Below are positions 1 through 9,744 of a stretch of 64,000 nt of DNA, piece after piece; the first letter of the stretch is position 1; each line of letters begins with the position of its first letter. The stretch comes from Longimicrobiales bacterium (GTDB lineage Bacteria > Gemmatimonadota > Gemmatimonadetes > Longimicrobiales > Gaopeijiaceae), in assembly GCA_965198065.1 (NCBI GenBank), contig CBDAON010000004.1, positions 128,001-192,000 on the forward strand, read 5' to 3'. The position numbers and the translations under genes are program-made. Under the pieces are notes generated by a model that was not told where the DNA came from, did not search any database, and saw only the letters and a list, made by a program, of their open reading frames with translations.

Positions 1-1
1 G

Positions 2-2102
2 TCGACCCATTTCAGCGATCCCGACGGCGACCCACTGAGTTTCGCGGCGGCCACCTCCGACACGACCGTGGCGACCGTCACAGCGGCCCCGATCGGGCGC
101 ATCCTAGTTTCTCCGGGCACCGTCACTCTGACAGCAATTGGCGACACCGCTCGCCTGGCAGCGGATGCGTTCCGCCTATCCGGGGAGGTCGTGACGAACG
201 CGCAGCTCTCCTGGTCGTCCAGCGACCCCGCAGTCGCCTCGATCGACCGTACGGGCCTCGTGACCGCGGCCGGGAGGGGTGAGGCCATGATCATCGCTGC
301 GGATGGCGAGGCATCTGGCGAGGCCGTCGTCTCGGTGGCACCGTCGGCGGACATCGTCACCGTGACGCCGTCTGTCGCGAGCATCGCTCCGGGCGACGAG
401 CTCGAGCTGGCGGCCTCGGTCGTCGACCGCAACGGACATGCGGTGGCCGAAGCGGAGCTGGTCTGGACGTCGAGCGATCCACGGGTGGCCACGGTGCGAG
501 CATCCGGGACCGCGCGAATCGCGCTCATACGGGGAGTGGGGGAAGGATCGGCCACCATCACCGCATCCTCTGGGGATGCAAAGGGCATCTCGCGGCTCAC
601 CGTGACCGGCAGCCGGGACCACGCCGCACTGGTGGCGCTCTACACGTCGACCGACGGTCCGAACTGGAAGAACGGCGCCGGCTGGCTGACCGACGCACCG
701 CTCGGCAGTTGGCACGGGGTCCGGGTCGACGCCGAAGGGCGGGTCACGTGGCTCGCTCTCTCCGAAAATGAGCTAGCGGGCCCGATCCCGCCGGAGCTCG
801 GCTCCCTGGCCGACCTCGAGTCATTGGATCTCGCCAGGAACGAGAACCTGAGCGGACCCGTTCCGCCGGAACTGGGATCGTTGGCGAGTCTCAGGGAGCT
901 CTACCTCTATCTGAACAGGCTGACCGGCCCGATCCCGCCAGAGCTCGGATCGCTGGCCGGTCTCGAGGAGCTGAGGCTCGGCCTGAACCAGCTGACGGGC
1001 TCCATCCCGGGCGAGCTGGGTCTGCTGACCGAGCTCCGGCTGCTGGGGCTCGGCTACAACAACCTGACGGGCTCGATTCCCCCGCAACTGGGCTCGCTGG
1101 CCAGACTGACAACGATGAGCCTCAGCAACAATGACCTGACGGGGGTCGTACCAGCCGAACTCGGAGGTCTCCCGCGCCTGACGTGGCTGTCGCTCGAATC
1201 CAACGATCTGTCGGGCCCTGTCCCGCGAGATCTTCTGGAGCTGCAGGGGCTGATTGGGTTCACTTTCGGGGGAAATGACGGGCTTTGCGCAACGGTCACG
1301 AGCGCCTTCGTCGCATGGCTGGCGGAGATCCGGAGAGCGGAAGGGCCGTTCTGCAATGCCGGCGACATCTCTGCGCTCACGTCGCTCCATGAGGCGACCG
1401 GCGGAAGCCGTTGGACGAACTCGGACGGCTGGCTCGGCGACGCATCGCTGGACCAGTGGTTCGGCGTGACCGCGGACGCCCTGGGGCGGGTCGTGGCGGT
1501 CGACCTCGGCCACAACGGGCTCGTCGGATTCCTGCCTGCGACGCTGGCTCGACTGGATCGCCTGACGGAGCTACGCCTCGATGGCAACGCCCTTTCCGGG
1601 CCGCTGCCGCTGGACTTGGCCCATCTCCCTCTCCGCGAGTTCCACTATGCGGACACGGAGCTCTGCGCGCTGGCAAACGCCTCCTTCCAGGCCTGGCTGA
1701 CGAGCCTCGAGTCGCATCGAGGCACGGACGGAGAGTGCGGCCCGCTCTCGGAGCGCGACGTCCTGGTGGCGTTCTACTACGCAACCGGCGGGCCCGACTG
1801 GAGCGACAACACGAATTGGCTTTCCGACGCGCCCCTCGAGAGCTGGCGTGGGGTCGACGTGGACGGCGAGGGCCGTGTCACCCGGCTGCTGCTGGGCCGG
1901 AACAACCTTGTGGGCTCCATCCCCCCGGAACTCGGTTCGCTCAGCCACTTGTCCACGCTGTTTCTCGCCTATGCGAACCTGACGGGCGCGATCCCTGCGG
2001 AACTCGGCTCACTCGGCAACCTCGAGCAGCTCTACCTGAACAACAATGACCTGACGGGCCCCATTCCACCCGAACTGGGTTCGCTGTCCCGCCTGGAAGT
2101 GC
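2..2102 (+). pseudogene. Ig-like (Big_2/cadherin-like) plus plant-type leucine-rich repeat protein; 5' partial, 3' cut by IS256
   Basis: Frame is open from base 2 (FSDPDGDPLSF). Two WSSSDPxVA Ig-like units, then three DxxALxALYxxTxGxxW...W.GV..D..GRV N-caps with LxxLxLxxNxLxGxIPxELG repeats. The repeat stops at the IS256 left IR. Confidence 0.85.
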
Positions 2103-3536
2103 GAGTGAGTCCCATCTTTAGTTGAAATTGAAGCGGCCTCCAACCTCAGGTAACGTGGGTGTGCGACCACACCACGGGATCACAAGAGAGGAAGGAGGGC
2201 CACCGATGGGAAGGATGCCAAGGCTCGTCGAGCGGGGCAAGAAGGACCGGCGGCTCGGGGAACCGAGGGAGGTGAGTTGGGAGGAGATCGAGGCGCTGGA
2301 GCTGGACCCTCGGGTGGAGCTGATCCGGCAGCTGATTCCGCTGGGACTGGCGGAGGTGGGCCGGATGCTCGAGGAGGAAGTGGAGCAACTGGCGGGGCAA
2401 CGTCACGCCAGGAAGACCGAGGACGATCGACATTGCCGGCATGGGCATAACCCAGGGTCGGTGCGGTTGGGCGGCCAGCGGCATCCGGTGCGAGTACCGC
2501 GGGTGCGAGGCCCGGCCGGAGAGTCGAGGCTGGCGGCGTATGAGCAGCTGCATGGCTCGCCCGGCGAGATGGACGAGGGGCTGTTTCGGAAGGTGCTGCT
2601 CGGGATCTCGTGCCGGGACTACGAGGCAGCGGTCGAGGCGGTGCCTGGAGCCATCGGGCTGTCGAAGTCGACGGTCTCGCGGGAGTTCAAGAAGGCCACG
2701 GCCGCGAAGCTGAAGGAGTTTCAGGAGCGGGACCTCTCGGGTTACGACGTGGGGTGGCACTCGTCCTGGACGGCAAGAGCTTTGCCGAGGACGAGATGGT
2801 CGTCGCGCTCGGGGTGACGACCAAGGGGGACAAGGTCTTCCTCGGGTTCGTCCAGACCGACACGGAGAACGCCGTGGTGATCCGATCCTTCCTTCGGAGT
2901 CTGAAGGACCGAGGTCTCGACCTGTCGGCCGGAGCGCTCGTGGTGATCGATGGAGCCCGCGGTCTCCGGAGCGGCGTCCTGGCGGTCTTCAAGGGACAGG
3001 TGCTCATCCAGCGGTGCCAGTGGCACAAGCGGAAGAACGTGATCTCGTATCTGCCGAGAGCGGAGCAGAAGGGCTGGCGCCAGCGTCTGCAGCGCGCCTA
3101 CCAGCGGCCCACGTACGAAGAGGCCGTCAAGGACCTCAAGGCCCTGCGCCAGGAGCTCGCGGGGGTGAACCAGTCCGCGGCGGCCAGTCTCGATGAGGGG
3201 TTCGAGGAGACCCTCACCCTCCACCGGTTGGGAGTCTTCCCCCTGGTCGGCCAGTCGCTCAAGACCACCAACGTGCTCGAGTCCGTGAACGCCCTGGCCG
3301 AGCAGAGGTGCGGACGCGTGGACCACTGGAAGAACTCGAGCCAGAAGCACCGATGGCTCGCGACCACGCTCCTGGAGATCTAGTCACGGCTCCGGAGGTT
3401 GCTCGGGTACCGACACCTCCCGCTCCTCAGGGCCGCGATCCAGAAGGACCTCGGGATCACCCTTCCCGAGAGCCGTTCACATGCTGTCGCCTGAGACGGA
3501 GGCTGCTCCAGTTTCAACTAACTTTGGGATTGACTC
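2103..3536 (+). mobile_element. IS256-family insertion sequence
   Basis: Imperfect IRs GAGTGAGTCCCATCTTTAGTTGAAATT and rc GAGTCAATCCCAAAGTTAGTTGAAACT. No target duplication. Confidence 0.9.
2206..3494 (+). pseudogene. IS256 (mutator) transposase, frameshift near 2752 and in-frame TAG at 3381-3383
   Basis: Motifs GISCRDY, LSKSTVSR, VIDGARGL, QRCQWHK, TTNVLES. The frame continues after TAG as SRLRRLLGYRHLPLLR to TGA at 3494. Confidence 0.88.
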
Positions 3537-3614
3537 TTTCAGACCACGGGAGGGTGGCCCCGGTGGCTCGCTCCCCTCTACCTTCCCCGGGGCGTGCCCG
3601 GGCGCGCTCCCAGG

Positions 3615-3688
3615 GGGCCCGTAGCTCAGGCGGTTAGAGCACTCGACTCATAATCGAAGGGTCGCAGGTTCGAATCCTGCCGGGCCCA
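3615..3688 (+). tRNA. tRNA with CAT anticodon, most likely tRNA-Ile2 (lysidine)
   Basis: Cloverleaf with GGGCCCG/CGGGCCC acceptor stem, anticodon arm CTCGA-CTCATAA-TCGAA and T-loop GTTCGAATC. Resembles ileX-type tRNA. CCA not encoded. Confidence 0.9.
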
Positions 3689-3775
3689 TCCCAGTTGTAA
3701 GATATTCATTAGCAACGAGTTATGGCCTCTAGGGCAGATAGCCTGAGGAGCCGTTGTCGTGCCTGAAATCCCCGA

Positions 3776-3799
3776 AAGGTAAACACGAAGGTAAACACG
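3776..3799. repeat. 12-bp tandem repeat AAGGTAAACACG x2 (integrase arm-site-like)
   Basis: Direct repeat about 90 bp downstream of the tRNA. IHF-like TAGCAACGAGTTA at 3710-3722. Confidence 0.6.
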
Positions 3800-4045
3800 A
3801 ACGGCCGCGAACTTCACCGATCGCACGCCCTCCCCCCACTCCGCTTATATGAACCGGAGCTCGCCGACATCCTATGCGGGAGAGGTGGTCGCACGGGGCG
3901 GCCGCCCTTCATTCAGCGTGAGGGAGGACAGATGAACAAGCAGAGCGGGGACGGGGTCTGGAGGGACTACGAGGGTCTCTGGACGGTGGGGCTGGGGCTT
4001 AAGCTCGACGAGTACATGACGAGTACATAAGGGAGCGCCTCCACC

Positions 4046-4121
4046 GGCGGGGCAACGTCACGCCAGGAAGACCGAGGACGATCGACATTACCGGCATGGG
4101 CATAACCCAGGGTCGGTGCGG
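4046..4121 (+). repeat. 76-bp copy of an internal IS256 segment (2391-2466)
   Basis: Identical to 2391-2466 except one G>A. Confidence 0.9.
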
Positions 4122-4244
4122 AGGTACCACGCATTCTGGCAGATGTATGGATTGGACCTCCCGGACGAGGTGCTCCGCAAGATCTATTACGAGAATGCCC
4201 TCGACCTGGTGCCCAGCATCGATCGGTCGCTCTTCCCCAATTGA
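4119..4244 (+). pseudogene. C-terminal remnant of an amidohydrolase
   Basis: Translates RRYHAFWQMYGLDLPDEVLRKIYYENALDLVP*, a typical amidohydrolase_2 C-terminus. Confidence 0.7.
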
Positions 4245-4290
4245 GGCACGTATCCATGGCACAGGAGCGGATGTGAGCCGTGATCGGATC

Positions 4291-4509
4291 ATGACCACGG
4301 TCGTGGCGCGTTTCCACTATCGCCACGAAGGGGAGATGGCTCACGGGTACCTGGAGAGCGCGGGCGTGGATTCGGCCTTACTGATCGACGATGCGGGAGG
4401 TATGGACGTGGGCTTGGCGTTCGTGAACCCTGCGCGGCTCGTCGTTCGGGACGACGACGAGGAGCGGGCCCGGAGCGTGCTGGTGGACGCGGGGATGCTG
4501 GACCCATGA
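4291..4509 (+). CDS. DUF2007-like small putative signal-transducing protein
   Basis: MTTVVARF...EGEMAHGYLESAGV...ARLVVRDDDEERARSVL pattern. Overlaps the next start codon (ATGA). Confidence 0.7.
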   Translation: MTTVVARFHYRHEGEMAHGYLESAGVDSALLIDDAGGMDVGLAFVNPARLVVRDDDEERARSVLVDAGMLDP

Positions 4510-6140
4510 CAGCCGCCGAGCTCTTTGTCCGATGCCTCGAAAACGAGGATGTAGACTACGTCTTCGGCATCCCGGGCGAAGAAAACATCGATATGATGGA
4601 CGTCCTGCTCGACAGCACGATCCGTTTTATCACCACGCGCCACGAGCAGGGCGCGGCCTTCATGGCCGACGTGTACGGGCGGTTGACGGGTAGGGCGGGC
4701 GTTTGCCTGTCGACGCTCGGTCCCGGCGCCACGAATTTGGTGACGGGGGTAGCGGACGCGAATATGGACCGGGCACCAGTCGTGGCCATCGCGGGCCAGG
4801 CGGCCACGACCCGGATGCACAAGGAGAGCCACCAGCACCTCGATCTGGTCAGCCTCTTCGCTCCCATCTCCAAGTACAGCACGCAGATCCGGGAACCGGA
4901 AATCATCCCGGAGGTAGTTCGCAAGGCGTTCAAGCAGGCGCTGACAGAAAAGCCCGGCGTCAGCTTCATCGACTTTCCCGAAAACGTCGCCGGCGCCGAT
5001 GTCGAGGGGAAGGAGCCGCTCAGAGTGCAGGCTGCTGCGACCCCGGAGCCCCCCCGAGCCAAGGTCGAGCAGGCCGCTGAGATCATCTCGAGCGCCAGGC
5101 ACCCGATCATCATGGCGGGGAACGGGATCATCCGCTCCCGTGCTACCGAGCAACTACAGGCGTTCGCCGAGAATCTTCAGATTCCGGTGGCGACCACCTT
5201 CATGGCCAAGGGCGCGATACCCTTTTCGCACCCCTTGAGCCTCGGCACAGTGGGGCTACAAGCGCACGACTATGTCGACTGCGGATTCGACCGGGCCGAT
5301 GTGATCATTTGTGTAGGCTACGACATGATCGAGTACCATCCTTACCTGTGGCACCCCGAAAAGCACGCCCAGCTCCTACACATCGATGAGACACCCGCCG
5401 AAGTGGATGAGCACTACATTCTGGCGGCCGGCGTCATTGGCGACGTCGGTGAGTCCCTGCAACGGATCGGTGAACTGGCGCGGCCTCAGCACGAGCCGAA
5501 CCTCGGAACGCTTCGGGATTTCGTTCTCCGAGAGCACTCCGAGCACGCGGAGAACCCGGCGTTTCCCATGGTGCCCCAGCGTATTCTCTGGGACCTTCGC
5601 CAGGTGCTCGAACCGGAGGACATTGTCATAAGCGACGTGGGTGCTCACAAGATGTGGACCGCCCGGCTTTATGAGGCCGAGCGCCCCAACACCTGCATCA
5701 TTTCGAACGGCTTCGCCAGCATGGGGATCGGCGTGCCGGGTGCTATCGCGGCGAAGCTGGCTCGTCCGGAGCGTACGGCCGTAACCGTAACCGGCGATGC
5801 AGGATTCCTGATGAACTGTCAGGAGATCGAGACCGCGCTGCGTATCGGGACCCCGATCATCATTCTCATCTGGACCGACAACGAGTATGGCCTGATCCAT
5901 TGGCATCAGCTGCGTCACTTCGGACGACCCAGCCACATCACGTTCAACAATCCCGACTTCATGAAGTTTGCAGAGAGCTTCGGGGCCAAAGGTTATAGGG
6001 TGGAAGCCGCCGACGAGTTGGTGCCCACCCTGAAGAAGGCAATCGCCGACGACACGGTCGTGATCATCGACTGTCCGGTCGACTACTCGGAAAACATGAA
6101 GCTGACAGAGAAGCTGGGGAGCCTGGTTTGTCCTATATGA
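4506..6140 (+). CDS. acetolactate synthase large subunit-like ThDP enzyme
   Basis: VFGIPGEEN, RHEQGAAFMA, TLGPGATN and the ThDP-binding GDAGF motif. Confidence 0.92.
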   Translation: MTAAELFVRCLENEDVDYVFGIPGEENIDMMDVLLDSTIRFITTRHEQGAAFMADVYGRLTGRAGVCLSTLGPGATNLVTGVADANMDRAPVVAIAGQAATTRMHKESHQHLDLVSLFAPISKYSTQIREPEIIPEVVRKAFKQALTEKPGVSFIDFPENVAGADVEGKEPLRVQAAATPEPPRAKVEQAAEIISSARHPIIMAGNGIIRSRATEQLQAFAENLQIPVATTFMAKGAIPFSHPLSLGTVGLQAHDYVDCGFDRADVIICVGYDMIEYHPYLWHPEKHAQLLHIDETPAEVDEHYILAAGVIGDVGESLQRIGELARPQHEPNLGTLRDFVLREHSEHAENPAFPMVPQRILWDLRQVLEPEDIVISDVGAHKMWTARLYEAERPNTCIISNGFASMGIGVPGAIAAKLARPERTAVTVTGDAGFLMNCQEIETALRIGTPIIILIWTDNEYGLIHWHQLRHFGRPSHITFNNPDFMKFAESFGAKGYRVEAADELVPTLKKAIADDTVVIIDCPVDYSENMKLTEKLGSLVCPI

Positions 6141-6201
6141 CAGCTGTGCGCCGCGCCAGCGTCGATACGCGCCGACTGCGTAATATCATGCCTAGCTCCG
6201 A

Positions 6202-6615
6202 CTAGCCGAGATCGTCGTCGTTGCAAACCCAGCTACCGTCCGGTCGGTTGACCAGCAGCGTGGTGTCCTCGGCGGCGTTCACGTATACGTTATAGGTTGG
6301 AGCCGCCGGAGGTCGTGTAGTAGAAGTCTACGTCAGGGGGTTCGGCCACGTATCCGTAGCTGCACGAACCGACGGCCACTTCGATGTCTCCGCCCGCGAT
6401 CAGCGAGACCTCATGGGGATCCGGCAAGAAGCCCTCATCGAGGTTGACGTCGCCGTACGTCGGGTCGAGTGAGAGGTCGGGAGCTGGACGCGAACCCGCA
6501 GTCGTCGTCGGACCCGTCGAGACTCTCTCTACGCTAGCCGTCTCCTGTACTTCTGCCAGTGGCTGTAGCGGCCGGTTCGCGGCGAGGGAAAGCTGCCCTC
6601 GTACGTAGTTTATCG
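6202..6615 (-). pseudogene. remnant of a serine-protease-associated PPC-like domain protein, cut by IS3
   Basis: Minus strand reads INYVRGQL...DPTYGDVNLDEGFLPDPHEVSLIAGG...YVAEPPDVDFYY / YVNAAEDTTLLVNRPDGSWVCNDDD* with one frameshift. Confidence 0.65.
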
Positions 6616-7798
6616 TGACGTGACACCCGGAAGCTGAGCCAGCTATTCTCTGACTCCTCGGAGTAAGTGAGGAGTCATGAGGAAGAGTAGGTTCACGGAA
6701 GAGCAGATCATCGGGATCCTACGGGAGGCGGAGGCGGGCGGAGCGACGAAAGAGGTATGCCGACGCCACGGGATCAGCCACGACACGTTCTATCGGTGGA
6801 AGAAGAAGTACGGGGGCCTTGAGGTCAGTGACGCGAGGCGGTTGAAGGCACTTGAGGACGAGAACCGACGGCTCAAGCGCATCGTGGCCGACCAGGCGCT
6901 GAACCTTCAGGTGCTGAAGGACCTGCTGGGAAACGAGTTGTGACGGCCGGGGAGCGGCGCCAGGTCGTCCGGAGGGTGCAAGCCGCCGAGAAGGCCTCGG
7001 AGCGTCGAGTGGTCCGTTGGACAGGCTTCCCGCGTTCAACGATCCGGTACCGAAGCGAGCGCCCAGCTCAGGAGGGGTTACGTGCGAGGATCCGGGAGCT
7101 CGCGGGCGAGCGGCCTCGCTGGGGCTACCGACGCATCCACGTGCTTCTGCGCCGCGAGGGATGGCTGGTGAACCGGAAGCGGATCCACCGGCTCTACCGC
7201 GAGGAAGGGCTCGCGGTGCGGCGAAAGGGTCGGAGACGACGGAGCCAGGTACCACGACCGGTGCGTGACCCACTCGGCCATCCGAACGAGCGGTGGAGCG
7301 TGGACTTCATCATGGACACGCTGAGTACGGGCCGAGTGTTCCGGTGCCTCGCGGTGATCGACGAGTTCAGCCGCGAGTGCCTGGCACTCCACGTCGCTCA
7401 CTCGATCCCTGCGGCGAGCGTGATCGAGGTGCTCGAGAGACTTCGGGAGGAACGCGGCTTGCCGGAGCGCGTGATCTGCGACAACGGCTCCGAGTTCACG
7501 AGCCGTGCCTTCGACGCCTGGGCCTACTCCCGGGACCTCAAGATAGAATACATACAGCCGGGCAAGCCGATTCAGAACTGCTTCGTCGAGAGCTTCCTCG
7601 GGAGCTTCAGGGACGAGTGCCTGAACCTCCACTGGTTCCTCTCCCTACGGGATGCGAGGCACACGATCGAACGCTGGAGGCAGGACTACAATCGCGTCCG
7701 ACCCCACAGCGCCCTGGGCGATCTCCCACCTGCGGACTTCGCCCTCAACCACCACATGGAGTCAGGGAATAAACGGATCAACTAAGGGTGTCACGTCA
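6616..7798 (+). mobile_element. IS3-family element A, copy 1
   Basis: IR TGACGTGACACCC...GGGTGTCACGTCA. orfA/orfB with a GGGAAAC slippery site. No TSD. Confidence 0.95.
6677..7785 (+). CDS. IS3 transposase OrfA (6677-6943) / OrfB (6940-7785), -1 frameshift
   Basis: MRKSRFTEEQIIGILRE HTH. OrfB has WGYRRI, WSVDF, DNGSEF and ESFLGSFRDECLN. Confidence 0.95.
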
Positions 7799-8034
7799 AC
7801 GCCTTATCCCCGCTGCCATCACCCTTGAGCTGGAAGCACTTTCCTCGTGGTGCTGCGCAGCGCCCCTCGGATGGAACGTGATGCGACCCGAATTCCCGCC
7901 ATTCGATGCCGGCAGCACGGCTATTTCAGTACGGTGGAGTCAGATATCGTCGAACGGCAAGTGCGGCAGATCGTGCAGTCCTAGTTGAACTTAGAAGATT
8001 CCTTGCCGTGATTCACGCCATCTGTACTGTGCCG

Positions 8035-8360
8035 AGTGGGCCGAGATCAATCAGACGGAGGGCGTGTGGACGGTTCCCAAAACGCGCATGAAGGCGAAGC
8101 GGGAGCACCGGGTGCCCCTGTGCCGCCGCACTACGGAGATTCTCGGCGAGGCACGGATGCGGGACAACGGCACCAGTCCGATGGTCCTCACCCGCGGCGG
8201 CGGGAATCCGCTCGCTAACAAGCAGTTGCGCTAGGCTAGTTGCTCCAACAGCATGAGATCGCAGCCGAGCCGCACGGCTTCAAGTCGAGTTTCAGGGACT
8301 GGGCGGCCGAGGAGACGGACCACCCCCGCGAGGTGGCGGAGGCTGCGCTGGCGCATGTGG
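8035..8360 (+). pseudogene. P4-like tyrosine integrase C-terminal remnant
   Basis: WTVPKTRMKAKREHRVPL...HGFKSSFRDWAAEETDHPREVAEAALAH, broken by a stop/frameshift near 8231. Confidence 0.85.
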
Positions 8361-8993
8361 GCCTCCGGGGGATCGAAGGGGGGCGGAGCGCCCCCTCGCC
8401 AGCCTCCAATGTTGCACATTGGGTAAGCTGCTCCCGTGCGCTAAACCAACTCGCTCCCGTGCGCCCAACAAACTCATCCACCGGCGCTTGGAGCCCTGGG
8501 CCGTTAAGATCTCCATACCACTACATGGAGGAGGCTGCTTTTTGCCCTGTCAACAAGGGGAAATCAGCGGATATCCCAAGAGGTCCAGCGACGTATTGGA
8601 GCCCGGCCAGGCTCCGCCAACGGACTCTTGAGCTGCTTCTGAAAGGACCGCTTGAACTAGCCGGGGGCCTCGATCGCGATCTGTCTATCTGGAGCAGTCC
8701 ATCCATCGCGGCACGCTCCGGATCTTAGCCGAGCATGACCGCGAAGCCCTGGCAACGGAACTGGTTGGCCTCCGAGGGTTGTCTACGATCCCGGCTGCTC
8801 TTCGGGCATGTTCGTCCATTGCAGACCGGGAATCTGTCGCGAACGAACTTGGACATGGGTGCGTAATCGTCATCGGTCGGCCAGTGACGTTGGAAATTGT
8901 CGAGCGTTATTCTGGCGGCCGGTTGGGTTCTACTCTCATGACTGACAACACTTGCCGCGGGGGCTGGCCAAGTGGTAACGTATCAGTTACCCG

Positions 8994-9329
8994 ATGTCGA
9001 TGATTGAGATCAGGGAATACATTGACACCGAAGGCCGTAGCCCGTACGCCAGATGGTTCAATCGGCTTGACGCCCAAGCTGCAGCCAAGGTGGCGACGGC
9101 GCTGGTCCGGATGGAGCAAGGCAACCTCTCTAACGCTAAGGGCGTGGGCGCCGGTGTCTTCGAACACCGGATAGACTTTGGCCCCGGCTACCGGGTCTAT
9201 TTCGGTAAGGGCGCCGAGACCCTGATCATCCTCTTGGGTGGTGGGACCAAGAAGCGACAGCAACAGGATATCGAGACTGCCCACGACCTCTGGCAAGAAT
9301 ACAGGCGGCGCAAGCGACGGGAGACTTGA
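8994..9329 (+). CDS. RelE/HigB-like addiction module toxin
   Basis: GRSPYARWF...RMEQGN...GVFEHRIDFGPGYRVYFG...LLGGGTKKRQQQDI. Confidence 0.9.
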   Translation: MSMIEIREYIDTEGRSPYARWFNRLDAQAAAKVATALVRMEQGNLSNAKGVGAGVFEHRIDFGPGYRVYFGKGAETLIILLGGGTKKRQQQDIETAHDLWQEYRRRKRRET

Positions 9330-9333
9330 GACC

Positions 9334-9651
9334 ATGTCCCTAACACGAAACTTCAAGGAAACGATTCAGGCGCGCATTGAACGCGATCCTGCCTTCCGCG
9401 AGGAACTGCTCAAAGAGGGGGTGGAATGCTTGCTCGCCGGCGACGTGGACACCGGCAAGGCGGTACTGCGGGACTACATCAATGCCACCATCGGCTTTCA
9501 GGAGCTTGGCGCGTCTACCGCGAAGTCTCCCAAGAGCCTGATGCGTATGTTCGGCCCCAACGGCAACCCCCAGGCCCGGAACCTCTTTGAGATCATCGGC
9601 TACCTCCAGAAACGCGAGGGACTTCACCTGAGGATCCACACCGTTCGATAG
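9334..9651 (+). CDS. cognate HTH antitoxin (addiction module antidote)
   Basis: Directly follows the toxin. LRDYINATIGFQEL...KSLMRMFGPNGNP..NLF. Confidence 0.88.
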   Translation: MSLTRNFKETIQARIERDPAFREELLKEGVECLLAGDVDTGKAVLRDYINATIGFQELGASTAKSPKSLMRMFGPNGNPQARNLFEIIGYLQKREGLHLRIHTVR

Positions 9652-9744
9652 GCACCGAGTTCGAGCAAACAGAGGGGATTGGGAGAAGGAAACACAGGCA
9701 GCGCCTAGATCGCCTCACCGCACCAGGAACGCGACCGAATTCCC

